NCBI GenBank assembly: GCA_041664925.1
Contig: JBAYJV010000004.1
Coordinates: 26,998-90,997, forward strand
Reading direction: 5' to 3'
DNA length: 64,000 nucleotides
Source: Minisyncoccota bacterium
GTDB taxonomy: Bacteria > Patescibacteriota > Minisyncoccia > JBAYJV01
The translations under genes were made by a program, and so were the position numbers. The notes under the pieces are model-generated. The model had not been told where the DNA came from, searched no databases, and saw only the letters and a list, made by a program, of their open reading frames with translations. Below are positions 9,774 to 20,503 of this stretch, piece by piece (positions within the stretch are counted from its first letter, which is position 1; every line of letters begins with the position of its first letter).

Positions 9774-10979
9774 TTAATACGATTTCAAAATATTAATCGC
9801 TTTTTCTAATTGGAGATCCTGTTTTTCTATTGTATCGCTCGAGCCGGTTTCCACTTCAATGTCCGGTTTTAAGCCTGCTTTACTAATCGAGATTCCTGTT
9901 GGAGTTAGCCAATTAGCAACGGTTATTTTAAGTGATGCACCCTTATCAAGATTAACCATCTCCTGGACCGATCCCTTGCCAAAACTATTTACTCCAATAA
10001 GTTTCGTTTTAAGATTATCTCTGAGAGCCCCAGCTAAGATTTCTGAGGCAGATGCAGATCCGCTGTCTATCAGAATAACCATCGGCCAATTTTTAAACAC
10101 GGAACGTCCATTTGCAAAATATTTTTTTTGTCCTAATTTTCCCTGATCTTCGATAACAACAACATCTCCAGTATCTAAAAACCAACCTGCAATATCTACA
10201 GCAGCATCTAAGTATCCGCCAGGATTACCTCTTAGATCTAGTAGTATTCTTTTTGCTGATGATTGCAGAACTTTTTGACTAATTTCTCCGAATTCTTGAG
10301 GAGAATTTTCAGTAAAATTAAAAAGTCTAATGTGTGCTATGTCATCATTTAAAATCGACACTGAAACTACAGGAACCTTAATGGTGTCCCTAGTAACATT
10401 AATTTCTTGCTCTTTGCTATTGTCGGCACGAAGGATGATTAGCTTCACCCTAGTCCCCTTTTCTCCTCGAATAAGACTAACTGCCTCCTCTAGTGTCATA
10501 TCTGTGGTTATTTTGTTATCTATTTGAATAATTTCATCACCGCTTTTCAATCCAGATCTTTGCGCAGGCGTTCCCTCTAGCGGAGCTATGATGGTAAGCT
10601 TATTGTTTTTATTTATACCTATTTCAGCTCCAATTCCTTCAAACGTTCCTTTTATATCCTCTAAGAATCTTTTACTTAAATCAGGGGTCATAAATTCACT
10701 ATACGGATCACCGAGAGAATCAACTAATCCACTCACAGATCCATAAATCATTTTCTGATCATCTAATTTATCTGCGTCTTTGTATTTTTGTCTTATTATA
10801 TCCCAAACTTGCCAAAAAATACTGAGGTCGACTTTTGTATGCAACGTTTCCTTTTCATTGATTTTCGAGCTAAAAAACAAAGGGAAAGATGATTTTCCTA
10901 AAAAAAAGCCACCTAAAAAAAGACATACGCACATTAAAACAATTTCGACAATCTTGAAAATCTTATTTTTGCTTTTCAT
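9774..10979 (-). CDS. ctpA: Carboxyl-terminal processing protease (S41, PDZ)
   Basis: LGDPYS, GIGAEI, DLRGNPGG, SASASEILAGAL, FGKGSVQ. Confidence 0.92.
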   Translation of the reverse strand: MKSKNKIFKIVEIVLMCVCLFLGGFFLGKSSFPLFFSSKINEKETLHTKVDLSIFWQVWDIIRQKYKDADKLDDQKMIYGSVSGLVDSLGDPYSEFMTPDLSKRFLEDIKGTFEGIGAEIGINKNNKLTIIAPLEGTPAQRSGLKSGDEIIQIDNKITTDMTLEEAVSLIRGEKGTRVKLIILRADNSKEQEINVTRDTIKVPVVSVSILNDDIAHIRLFNFTENSPQEFGEISQKVLQSSAKRILLDLRGNPGGYLDAAVDIAGWFLDTGDVVVIEDQGKLGQKKYFANGRSVFKNWPMVILIDSGSASASEILAGALRDNLKTKLIGVNSFGKGSVQEMVNLDKGASLKITVANWLTPTGISISKAGLKPDIEVETGSSDTIEKQDLQLEKAINILKSY

Positions 10980-11008
10980 TTTAAAGGATATTGTTCAAAA
11001 AATTTATA

Positions 11009-12016
11009 TTATTCAACTAGCTCCAAACATTTTTCACGAATAGCCGTAAAATCACCTGTCCTAGGAACCAATATATAAATACCGTTAACATACTTTGCAT
11101 CAAGATAACCGTCGGGTCCATTGTCAAAAACATAATTAGTCATATCGTTAAAATCTATCTTTTCTCTCTGATAATAATCAATAAGCTTACTAATATCTGA
11201 TGTTTTAACATCTGTTCTTATATTATTTTCCAACAAATCAAGCATTTTAACAACATTTAATGGATTAGCCAAAAATCCTAGAGAAAATAGTTTTTCTTTA
11301 ACGGCCAAAAGTACCTGTTGTTGTCGACGAGCTCTATCAAAATCACTTGAAGAAAAGCGCGATCGTATATAAAACAACGTCTTTTCGCCATCTAAAATAT
11401 TTTTTCCCTTTGGAACAACAAAGGCCCGGCAATTCTTACCATTTTCATCGCACCACCATTGCTTGTCTTCTATAAAATCTTCTTTGAGCTCTATTGTAAT
11501 GCCTCCAATAGCATTTATGAATTTCTCAAACCCGTCAAAATTTATAACAATTGCGTTATCCACATACAAACCGGTAATGCGAGAAATCGTATCCTTAATA
11601 TAATTCATAGCTAAACCAACTCCATTCTTTTCATAGCCCCAAGCGTATACTGCATTAAGCTTGTCCTTTTTCGCAGAATTGGGGACTGGCACATATAAGT
11701 CTCTGGGTAGTGATAAAACAGCAATCTTTCCATTTTTTTTATTTAAATTAAGAACAATCAATGAATCTGTTAATAAACCACCAAATGGTTGTCCTTCGCC
11801 TCTTTGCCCTAATAATAAAAAGGTCAATTGATTATTGTCTTTGCTCGGCAAATCCTCAAGTTCTGGCAGAAAGTAAATTGGCGCTTCTTTACCTGAAGAA
11901 TCAGCGCTAATTTTGCTGAAAGTAAAACTAGTCCTAAGAAAAACAAACCCAATAAAAGCACATAATGCTAGGCAAAGACCTATGAAAGAATTTATAAATA
12001 TTTTTCTCGTTTTCAT
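11009..12016 (-). CDS. LytR-CpsA-Psr (LCP) family protein
   Basis: LTDSLIV, SLPRDLYV, KLNAVY, RSRFSSSDFDRARRQQ. Confidence 0.92.
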   Translation of the reverse strand: MKTRKIFINSFIGLCLALCAFIGFVFLRTSFTFSKISADSSGKEAPIYFLPELEDLPSKDNNQLTFLLLGQRGEGQPFGGLLTDSLIVLNLNKKNGKIAVLSLPRDLYVPVPNSAKKDKLNAVYAWGYEKNGVGLAMNYIKDTISRITGLYVDNAIVINFDGFEKFINAIGGITIELKEDFIEDKQWWCDENGKNCRAFVVPKGKNILDGEKTLFYIRSRFSSSDFDRARRQQQVLLAVKEKLFSLGFLANPLNVVKMLDLLENNIRTDVKTSDISKLIDYYQREKIDFNDMTNYVFDNGPDGYLDAKYVNGIYILVPRTGDFTAIREKCLELVE

Positions 12017-12023
12017 TTGTTAA

Positions 12024-14678
12024 TTAATAAACTTTCTGAACTCTGGTAGACGGGTAATAATATTCAAGTATTTGATTGTAGTTTTTGTTTTGGAGAGCAA
12101 GTGTTTCTGCGCCAGCTAAACTTAATCCGACCCCAGAATTATCACTATCACAATCAACTAGATGTTTTGTGTTTATAGGATCATTAATGCCACCCCATAA
12201 ATAAGGAAATTGATTATAAAAACTCCCAAAAACAATTCTTGCGTCACGACTTATTCCACAATTGTCTTTGACATAAAGCGGTAGCGCTACATCATTGTTG
12301 TACAATAAGACCATGCCCCTTGTTTTATCTATCATCTCTAATTTTTCTACTTGTTCTTCCGCCTCATACCCCTTGTATAATATATTACCTTCTTTAAAAT
12401 TCAAATCAAATGGCATATCTTTATATCTTCCGCCCTCTTTCTCAGAATAATAAAGTGCATAACTCCTATGAATAATGTTAATTGCACTGATTAGATTTTC
12501 AGGTATTGTCCCAATATTTTCGATTTCAATACCACGCAAATAATCTTCGAGAAATAATTCATTGACTAACCAGTACTTACTCAAGTTGTTAATCGTATCT
12601 TGTCTGACCAATTCTAGGCTCCCTCTGTATTTTTTGCCAATACTGTCTTTTGGTTTTTTGTTATCTAAAATTTCAAAAATGACATTTCCATTTTTTGACA
12701 CAAACTTTATATTTTTTTTGACCTCTTTTGTTTTAATTTTATAAATCGTTTCCATTTTTTCTTGAGAACTAAGAATATTATCTTTATAAACAGTGTAGTC
12801 GCTATCTGCCTTGATCGATATATCCTGATTGGCACCGATTGCAAATAATCCGACTTTTATTTTCTTACTGGCAAACTCATCAAGCCAATGATTATTTTTT
12901 GCTATATCAAGAAAATTTTCATTTCTGAAATTAATAATTGTTCTTAATTTTTCAACATCATCCTTGTTTTTTACTTCTATCCCTAATGGATAGGCATAAA
13001 TATCCCTATCTGATAAGATGATTCTATCTTTATCATTGGTGTCTAAATATTTAGTTAAGTCAGCGGATATCTTATTCCTTCTCCCGCTCGCAAGAAAATA
13101 TAAATCATGATCATTAGACGATTCAAGAAGAAAACCATCAGGATATTTTAGTGGATCTGTTATTGTATAATAATTCATTTCTTCATCACTTACATATACT
13201 ATTTGTCTCCAATCAAGTTTATTCGATAGAAAAACAGATGGGTTGGGTATTGGTTTTATATAAGTTGATACAACTAAGTAAACCGTTTGCCCAGAACCCT
13301 TTATGATTGTACCGGTTGGAAATAATATTGGTTTATCTTCTACGAACATACTAATTTCTCGTTCAGGAATCTGAATAATATTTTTCCATTTAAATCCAAG
13401 TTTATTAAAAATTTGAGGTGAAGTAATATGAGAAATCGTATTGTTTTGATTCACCAAATAAACTCTTCCGTCAACATCTCCACCAATCAAAGATCCCGGC
13501 TTGTACGATAAATAAAAACCAAAATCACAATTACCAACATTGCGAATATCTGCATAAGATATGTTTTCTTCTTTAAATCCCCATTCTTTAAAAATTTTGC
13601 TTGAGAAAATTTCATAACAAAAACCATCTTTTAATAAATAGGGGTTATCTTTTTCTCTTAGTTTAAATAGTGTCCCTTTTGATATAATTGGTTTATTCGC
13701 TATTGGAAAATAATTTAATTGATTATTTTGAATAGCAATAATTCTGTGTCCAACTTTTGCTTCTTCTTTTCTTTCGCCACTTGTTATTGACCAAATCCCG
13801 GAATCTTCTTCTGATTTATAAAGATATTTATTAAATTTCTCAGCAAACAGCGATGATTGCGATTTAATACTTAAAATATCAATCTTCTTTCCTAACTCAC
13901 CATCTCCCAATAAATCTTTATAATAAGAAATTGTTGATTTTTCCACAATTTCCTTGAATTTTCCCTTATTTAAGTCGCATTTTTTTTCACCCAGTTCATC
14001 GTTTTTTAAGTATTGCCAAACATAACCAGTTTCTTTCGTACCATTTATGTCAAAATTATTTGTTGCCGCCAGCCAACCGATTAATTTAGACAGACTATTC
14101 TCCATCTCAGGAGAAAATCCTCCTTCTTTTATGTTCCCTAAAAGTAAAATGCCGATACTTCCGATATTCCAATTATTACAGTCTTGATCAATGTCAGAAT
14201 GAAAACCAACTACATCATTGCCACCATAACGTCCTTCGAAAATCCTTCCATCCCATCCTATTATGAAATTATATCCTATATCATCAAGTTTTTTATTGAT
14301 AGTATGATAGCGATAAATGCCCTGAATGATAGGTATTGGATCCTGGTTAATGGAATTGCAATTTTGATTTCTAGTTCCATCAGATAGATATAATTGACAA
14401 TCATTGTCATAAATAATAATCCTAGACAGAGGGTAATAACTAGGAGAATTTTGGCTCTTTGAAGAAAATTCTTGATAACCTTTTGGAATTAACAGATTTT
14501 TTAATTGAGGTGTATTTTCCCAAGAAGCGCGATCGTAAATAACTGGTATATCTGGGTCGTCATAAGTCAAACCAATGGCAAATACTTGATGAAAAATGTA
14601 TAATTGCAAAAAAAACGTTAATAAGGAAAAACAAACAACAGAAAGAAATTTTTTTTCTTTTTTTATTATAGAATCCAT
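12024..14678 (-). CDS. Secreted protein: PGRP/Amidase_2-like domain, internal repeats and SpoIID/LytB-like domain
   Basis: DIGYNFIIGWDGRIFEGR, NIGSIGI; YRGSLEL, VNELFLEDYLRG, GVGLS, QILEYYYP. Confidence 0.8.
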   Translation of the reverse strand: MDSIIKKEKKFLSVVCFSLLTFFLQLYIFHQVFAIGLTYDDPDIPVIYDRASWENTPQLKNLLIPKGYQEFSSKSQNSPSYYPLSRIIIYDNDCQLYLSDGTRNQNCNSINQDPIPIIQGIYRYHTINKKLDDIGYNFIIGWDGRIFEGRYGGNDVVGFHSDIDQDCNNWNIGSIGILLLGNIKEGGFSPEMENSLSKLIGWLAATNNFDINGTKETGYVWQYLKNDELGEKKCDLNKGKFKEIVEKSTISYYKDLLGDGELGKKIDILSIKSQSSLFAEKFNKYLYKSEEDSGIWSITSGERKEEAKVGHRIIAIQNNQLNYFPIANKPIISKGTLFKLREKDNPYLLKDGFCYEIFSSKIFKEWGFKEENISYADIRNVGNCDFGFYLSYKPGSLIGGDVDGRVYLVNQNNTISHITSPQIFNKLGFKWKNIIQIPEREISMFVEDKPILFPTGTIIKGSGQTVYLVVSTYIKPIPNPSVFLSNKLDWRQIVYVSDEEMNYYTITDPLKYPDGFLLESSNDHDLYFLASGRRNKISADLTKYLDTNDKDRIILSDRDIYAYPLGIEVKNKDDVEKLRTIINFRNENFLDIAKNNHWLDEFASKKIKVGLFAIGANQDISIKADSDYTVYKDNILSSQEKMETIYKIKTKEVKKNIKFVSKNGNVIFEILDNKKPKDSIGKKYRGSLELVRQDTINNLSKYWLVNELFLEDYLRGIEIENIGTIPENLISAINIIHRSYALYYSEKEGGRYKDMPFDLNFKEGNILYKGYEAEEQVEKLEMIDKTRGMVLLYNNDVALPLYVKDNCGISRDARIVFGSFYNQFPYLWGGINDPINTKHLVDCDSDNSGVGLSLAGAETLALQNKNYNQILEYYYPSTRVQKVY

Positions 14679-14759
14679 TTTATTGTCTCAATTTTATCAT
14701 AAAAATTGACTAAGACAAACAAAAAAGGGAATGTTTTTAAGCAAAATTCCTCTTTTGAA

Positions 14760-16115
14760 TCAAAAATACTTATTAATTTCCCAGATATCACCGGCTCCCA
14801 TAATTATAAGAATTTCATTGTCTTTTGCGCTTTCCAAAACCAGTTGAGCAATTTCTGATAATTTTCCTTCCAAATACTTAGCCACATTTAATCCCAATCC
14901 TTTCTTATTCCATCTTTCATTTATAGCAACAACCAGTTCTTTACTACCAATTTCAATATTGTTTTTCTCTCGTCCTTCGACTTCATAGATATCAATTATC
15001 ATTAAATTGTCAGTTCCGTCAAAAGCACTTATAAAACTCTTGAATAAATAAAACATTCTTTGTCTTTGATGCGGTTGGAAAAGTACGTGAATTTTCTGTT
15101 TGTGATATTTTTCCTTTACTGCCTGAATGGTCGCTATAATTTCAGTAGGATGGTGGGCATAATCATTTATGATGGTAATTTTTTTGTCCTTAATAGATTT
15201 TTCTGATACTTCAAACCTTCTCCATGATCCTTGATAGCTGGCAATTGCTTCAAAGATCAGTTCTTTCTTAATGCCCAGAACGGTAGCAGCTGTAATAACA
15301 GCCAAGGCATTAGAGCGATTGTGTCTTCCGGGAATATTCAAAAACTTTACTATTTCCTTATTATCTTTTTCGTCCAGATGATAAAAAAACCTCTTTACTT
15401 CATCGTTTGCCGATAAACTCTCAACCATTTTTAAGACTCCTTTGCTATCTTTATTAAGAATTAGCATTCCTCCCTTTTTCACGTGAGAAGAAAAGACCTT
15501 GAATGCATTAACTACATTTTTAAATTTTTTATAATAATCTAAGTGCTCTTTCTCGATATTCGTTATTATCGCTATATCGGAAGCGTAATTTAAAAACGAC
15601 CCACTCCATTCATCTGCTTCTAAAATAAGAATTGGTTTTTTAAAATTAGCGCTTATTTTCCTTCTTCCATTACGAAAATTACTATTACCAAATTCTTTCA
15701 ATTTTGTTCCGATAATTACTGTCGGATCTAACCCTGCGCGAATCAGTACCAGAGATAGCATGGCCGTAGTAGTGCTTTTTCCGTGAGCACCCGCAACGCA
15801 AATAGAATAATATTTATTCGTCAATTCTCCAAGTACAGTAGAGTACCTTTTAACTACAATTCCAAGTTCTCTAGCTCTTTTTAGTTCCGGATTTTTATCA
15901 AGAATAGCCGCGCTATAAACTACTAAATCAATGTCTTTTGTAATGTTTTGACCATTGTGTTTTCCAATTTTAACTGCAAATCCCTCCTCAATTAAATCGT
16001 TGATTATTTCTGATCTTGATAAATCAGAACCACTAATAATGTGTTTTTGTGTCTTATAATAACGAGCTAGAGCACTCATTCCTATGCCCCCTATTCCTAT
16101 AAAGTAAATTTTCAT
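14760..16115 (-). CDS. murC: UDP-N-acetylmuramate--L-alanine ligase
   Basis: FIGIGGIGMSALA, GAHGKSTTT, EADE, DYAHHPTEI, MGAGDI. Confidence 0.95.
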   Translation of the reverse strand: MKIYFIGIGGIGMSALARYYKTQKHIISGSDLSRSEIINDLIEEGFAVKIGKHNGQNITKDIDLVVYSAAILDKNPELKRARELGIVVKRYSTVLGELTNKYYSICVAGAHGKSTTTAMLSLVLIRAGLDPTVIIGTKLKEFGNSNFRNGRRKISANFKKPILILEADEWSGSFLNYASDIAIITNIEKEHLDYYKKFKNVVNAFKVFSSHVKKGGMLILNKDSKGVLKMVESLSANDEVKRFFYHLDEKDNKEIVKFLNIPGRHNRSNALAVITAATVLGIKKELIFEAIASYQGSWRRFEVSEKSIKDKKITIINDYAHHPTEIIATIQAVKEKYHKQKIHVLFQPHQRQRMFYLFKSFISAFDGTDNLMIIDIYEVEGREKNNIEIGSKELVVAINERWNKKGLGLNVAKYLEGKLSEIAQLVLESAKDNEILIIMGAGDIWEINKYF

Positions 16116-16891
16116 ATTTGTGCTTTATTTGAGTTGAAATATTTCTCTTTTAATATGATACATGTAAAAGAAATTGTTGCACTAAAAACTCTTCGAATTC
16201 TCCATGGTTGTTTTAATAACCTCCACATCCACTCCAATCCGATTTTCCTTATAAATAAAGGTGCTCGCTTAACTTTTCCAGAAATATAATCAAATGCACC
16301 ACCAACTCCTATTGCTAATTTTACGCTTGGCATTTTGTGTAAATTTTCGTTAATCCATAATTCCTGTTTTGGGCTCCCAAGAGCAACAAGAAGAATATTT
16401 GGTTTAGTTTTTATTATTTTGTCTATTATATCTTTGTCTTTAAAGTTATATCCCTGCTCTGTTCCAGTAATCCTTATATGTGGAAAAAAATTTTGTAAAT
16501 TTATAGAAACTCTTTTTGCCACCCCATTAGTACCTCCAAATAAAAAAAACCTGCCATTTGTCTGTAAGTTTTTTGCCAATTCATAGATTAAATCAACTCC
16601 TGCTATTCTTTTTGAGATTAAGTGTTTATGAAAATTTTCTTTTTTATGTGCAGACAAAAAACGCATAGCTAAGACTATGCCAATACCGTCAGGAACTATC
16701 CATTTGGATTTTATTAGTACTTTTTTAAATAACTCATTTCGTCTTGCTTCAACTATCATTTCCGGATTAAGGGTTACCAATTGAACGGCTTTTTGTTTAA
16801 AAAACTCTTTCTTTTTCGCATTATTAATAATCTCCTGCAAATCAACCATTATAAATCTTAATCCCAAGAAGCTCGTGTTCATTCTTGACAT
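16112..16891 (-). CDS. WecB/TagA/CpsF family glycosyltransferase
   Basis: TLNPE, PDGIG, VALGSPKQE, GVGGAFD, RAP..IRKIGLEW. Confidence 0.92.
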   Translation of the reverse strand: MSRMNTSFLGLRFIMVDLQEIINNAKKKEFFKQKAVQLVTLNPEMIVEARRNELFKKVLIKSKWIVPDGIGIVLAMRFLSAHKKENFHKHLISKRIAGVDLIYELAKNLQTNGRFFLFGGTNGVAKRVSINLQNFFPHIRITGTEQGYNFKDKDIIDKIIKTKPNILLVALGSPKQELWINENLHKMPSVKLAIGVGGAFDYISGKVKRAPLFIRKIGLEWMWRLLKQPWRIRRVFSATISFTCIILKEKYFNSNKAQI

Positions 16892-17030
16892 ATTATTGAT
16901 ATTATTATTTGAATCTCAAACAATATCCTTTTGTTAAATACATGTCAATCCATTTAGTCTAAAGTGCTCGTTTTTATTGACTATATCGTAGAGAGAAAAT
17001 TTACTAATTATCGCTGTTGCTTCTCTTTTG

Positions 17031-17102
17031 TACCCCCAAGGGGAGTCGGACCCCTGTTATCAGGTTGAGAACCTGGTGTCCTAACCACTAGACGATGGGG
17101 GC
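17031..17102 (-). tRNA. tRNA-Glu(CTC)
   Basis: GCCCCCATCGTCTAGTGGTTAGGAC, loop TTCTCAA; T-loop reads TCCGACT. Confidence 0.88.
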
Positions 17103-17136
17103 TTTCAGGTGTAGGTCAAAGATTATGGTTAGTATA

Positions 17137-18393
17137 TCACATCGATCTGGAAAGTTCCACTACTTTACTCATATCCATTCTATGAGATCCTTTTACTAGC
17201 ACAATGTCATCTTTGGACGCGATTTTTAATAAACGCTCGAAGGCATTCGTGCTATTTTTTTCTAAATAGATTTCTTGTTTAAGATTTTTTTTGGTTTTAT
17301 TTCTATTTTTTTTCGAAGCAAGATGCATAGAATCACCAATAAGTATTAGTTTATCGCCAATACCAATGGCTTTCTTTAGTATTTTTGAGTGGATATCGTT
17401 GGTTTCTTTGCCAAGCTCTGACATGTCACCTAAAACAAGAATTTTTTTAGATTTTCTGTTGTTGACGTTAATAACCTCGACCGCATTAAGTGCATTCACA
17501 TAAGAGAGCGGTGATGCATTGTATGTATCATCAATAATTGTAAATTTTTTTCGACTAGATATTACTGACATCCTTCCAGGAAGAGAATGAAATTTTTCCT
17601 GTAATATTCTAATGCTTTTATCTAGAGAATTACCAATTTTTAATCCAAAACAAACAGCTGCACATACAGCGTAGATATAACCATCTCCTAATAGATTATT
17701 AAAAGATGCTCGCTTCGTAAATTTTTCGTACTTAAACTCTACGTTTGTAATATAACTGCCTGTTTCTTGATTATAAAAAAAGTCGTCTATTTTAAATCGG
17801 ACCTGAGCATTATCATTTTTGCCATAAGTTGAAATTTCAACACCTTTTTTAATAAAACTCTTCATTTCTAAAACATCCTTATCGTCATAATTTAGAATCA
17901 CACCACCATCCTTGACGCCCCTTACTAGCCAACTTTTTTCATTAATCAAACTTTCTTTACTAGGAAAAAATTGAAGATGGACAGGATTTTCACCTATTGC
18001 AGTTACTATACCGATATTGATTGGTAAAAACCTAACGAAATATTCTATCTCTCCCGGCTTGTCTGCTGCAAGCTCTAATACCAAATATTTAGGAAAGCTC
18101 TTTTCCCCAAATGTAATTGTTTTTAAAATTAATATAAAATTTCTTGCCCATCCAAGAATATTTCTCTTCGCATCGCTGAGACCAAGAATGCTTAGAGGAA
18201 CACCTATGTCTGTATTGAAGTTTTCTCTTGTTTTTCCGACACTAAAAAATTTCTCCTTTAAAATTAAAAATACCGCTTCCTTTGTCGATGTTTTTCCTGT
18301 ATTACCAGTAATGGCTATTATGAAAGGTTTGTAGCGTAAAATCGCCAATTTACAAGATACTCTTAATATGTGTTTTAATGTTTTTCGTAGCAT
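17137..18393 (-). CDS. murF: UDP-N-acetylmuramoyl-tripeptide--D-Ala-D-Ala ligase
   Basis: AITGNTGKTSTKE, IDDTYNASP, LGDMSELG, LVKGSH. Confidence 0.92.
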   Translation of the reverse strand: MLRKTLKHILRVSCKLAILRYKPFIIAITGNTGKTSTKEAVFLILKEKFFSVGKTRENFNTDIGVPLSILGLSDAKRNILGWARNFILILKTITFGEKSFPKYLVLELAADKPGEIEYFVRFLPINIGIVTAIGENPVHLQFFPSKESLINEKSWLVRGVKDGGVILNYDDKDVLEMKSFIKKGVEISTYGKNDNAQVRFKIDDFFYNQETGSYITNVEFKYEKFTKRASFNNLLGDGYIYAVCAAVCFGLKIGNSLDKSIRILQEKFHSLPGRMSVISSRKKFTIIDDTYNASPLSYVNALNAVEVINVNNRKSKKILVLGDMSELGKETNDIHSKILKKAIGIGDKLILIGDSMHLASKKNRNKTKKNLKQEIYLEKNSTNAFERLLKIASKDDIVLVKGSHRMDMSKVVELSRSM

Positions 18394-18404
18394 GAAAATA
18401 AATT

Positions 18405-20111
18405 TTATCTTTCAGGCGATATTTCTAAGTAACCTAAGAGATATTCGGCAATATTTCTAAAAAGCGGTGTTACTGATCCTTCCGCAAACCTTACGCCTTG
18501 AGGACGATCAACTTTAGCCAAAATAATAAATCTTGGATTGTAGGCTGGCGCAAATCCAACAATTGTATGGATTGTCTCGTCACTGCTGTATCCTCCGTTC
18601 TCCTTAGAGGGAATTTGGGCTGTTCCAGTTTTAAGGGCAATCCAATATCCAGGAATTTTTGCCTTTCTTCCGGTACCATTTTCGGTAACACTTACCAACA
18701 TAGAGGTCAGATAATTTGATGTCTCTGGAAAAATGATTCTTTTTGAAGAACTAGCATAATCAATTACGTCTTCTTGAATATTATCATTTTTAAAGATTCT
18801 TTCAACAATATACGGTTTTACAATAATACCATTGTTTGCTATTGCCCCAATGGCTCTTAATAATTGCAATGGCGTAACCGAAATCCCCTGACCAAAAGCA
18901 GCTGTTGCGAAATTTATATCACGACCGCTATCTAGGTTATTCATATTACCACTGGCTTCTCCAGCCAAATCAATGCCTGTTTTTTCTCCAATGCCAAAAT
19001 TCTTATAATATTGTTTTATTAAAGATTGATCTAATAATTTTTCTACATAAATTACTCCTGTGTTTAGAGATTTTTCCAAGACTTGTGTCATGGTCTGAAC
19101 CCCGTATTGTTTTTTATCCGCATTATATACAGTATAACCGCCTATTTTCACTGATCCTGTATCGTTGTACGTGGTTAATGGATTAATTTTCCATTGATCC
19201 AATGCCATCGCCATAATTAAGGGCTTGAAGACCGACCCAGGCTCATATACGGTTGAAATTGCACTGTTGACCAAAACATCTAAATTATTAACTTTGGCAT
19301 ATTCATTGAGATCAAAATTCGGATAGTTTGCCATTGCCATAATTTTGCCTGTTTTTGGTTCCATAATAATAACAGTTCCTTCCGAGGCATTATATGTCTT
19401 AACAGTTTTTTCAAGTTCCTCTTCAACAAAGAGTTGAATATTAGAATCAATTGAAAGCACCAAATTCTCGCCGGTTAGATTGACGTTTGGATCATTACCT
19501 ATGTTTTCCGCCATCTTCTCTTGAGACAAAGACTTCTCGTAATATTCCTCAATTCCATATTGGCCAATTCTATTATCTCCGCTGTATCCAAGAAAACCCA
19601 CAACATGAGAGGCAAGTTTTCCTCCGGGATAATACCTAATTTCGTCATTCTTTGTTTTGATTCCGTTTATGTTTAGCTTTGCTATGGCGCTGATTTCCGT
19701 TTCTGATAATTTATTTTTTATTAATTCAAACGGATCTTTGGGATCAGAAATTTTCTTTAAAATTTCATCTTCGCTTATATTTAAAATTTTTGATAATTCT
19801 GTGGCAATATTTTTTCTTTGATCTGTCTTAATTCTTGATGGTTCAGCGTACACCATTGGCCATTGCTTATTGATTGCTGCCGAAAACAATTCTCCTTTAT
19901 TGTCAAAATAAATTTCTCCTCTTTTTGTTCTTTGTATTATTGATAAATTCTTCTGATTTTCTGCCTGGTTTTGGTAAATATCATGTTTTATTACAGTCAA
20001 AACAAAAAGGCGTCCCAGAATAAGGATGCCAAATACATAAATTATAACAACCAAAACATTGCTACGCCAAGCAAATTGCTTGTTAATTAAGCCACTAAGA
20101 GGTGTCATCAT
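18405..20111 (-). CDS. ftsI: Class B penicillin-binding protein (FtsI-like)
   Basis: YEPGSVFK, KSLN, KTGTAQ; dcw context. Confidence 0.85.
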   Translation of the reverse strand: MMTPLSGLINKQFAWRSNVLVVIIYVFGILILGRLFVLTVIKHDIYQNQAENQKNLSIIQRTKRGEIYFDNKGELFSAAINKQWPMVYAEPSRIKTDQRKNIATELSKILNISEDEILKKISDPKDPFELIKNKLSETEISAIAKLNINGIKTKNDEIRYYPGGKLASHVVGFLGYSGDNRIGQYGIEEYYEKSLSQEKMAENIGNDPNVNLTGENLVLSIDSNIQLFVEEELEKTVKTYNASEGTVIIMEPKTGKIMAMANYPNFDLNEYAKVNNLDVLVNSAISTVYEPGSVFKPLIMAMALDQWKINPLTTYNDTGSVKIGGYTVYNADKKQYGVQTMTQVLEKSLNTGVIYVEKLLDQSLIKQYYKNFGIGEKTGIDLAGEASGNMNNLDSGRDINFATAAFGQGISVTPLQLLRAIGAIANNGIIVKPYIVERIFKNDNIQEDVIDYASSSKRIIFPETSNYLTSMLVSVTENGTGRKAKIPGYWIALKTGTAQIPSKENGGYSSDETIHTIVGFAPAYNPRFIILAKVDRPQGVRFAEGSVTPLFRNIAEYLLGYLEISPER

Positions 20112-20125
20112 AACAAAGAATCCGA

Positions 20126-20479
20126 TTAATTATTTTTTAATACAATCGCCACTTGCCGATCTACTTCTCTTAAGTAACTTGTTTTCTCTGTTCGAATCAT
20201 GTTGCCCTGAACTCTGGCCTGAATCTTCGCTGGAATCATCAGGTCATTGATAGATTTCGATGATTTTCTTATAACTTCTTTAAGTGTTTCTTTTTTGTTC
20301 ACTAAATTGTCATATTCAAAACTGCTCCCCGCATTACTGTTAATAGTAATTGCATAGCCAATCAATAGGACAACAGAAATTACTCCGATAACAAAATTAA
20401 GTACCACGAAATCAAAGCCTTTGTCGTGTTTTTTATCTCTTATTGTTTGTTTGTCTATGTTAGAAACAAGAGGAGACAT
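20126..20479 (-). CDS. Bitopic membrane protein in the FtsL position
   Basis: TM plus coiled coil between rsmH and the PBP gene. Confidence 0.6.
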   Translation of the reverse strand: MSPLVSNIDKQTIRDKKHDKGFDFVVLNFVIGVISVVLLIGYAITINSNAGSSFEYDNLVNKKETLKEVIRKSSKSINDLMIPAKIQARVQGNMIRTEKTSYLREVDRQVAIVLKNN

Positions 20480-20503
20480 AATTAAGCGCTAACCTACACG
20501 AAA

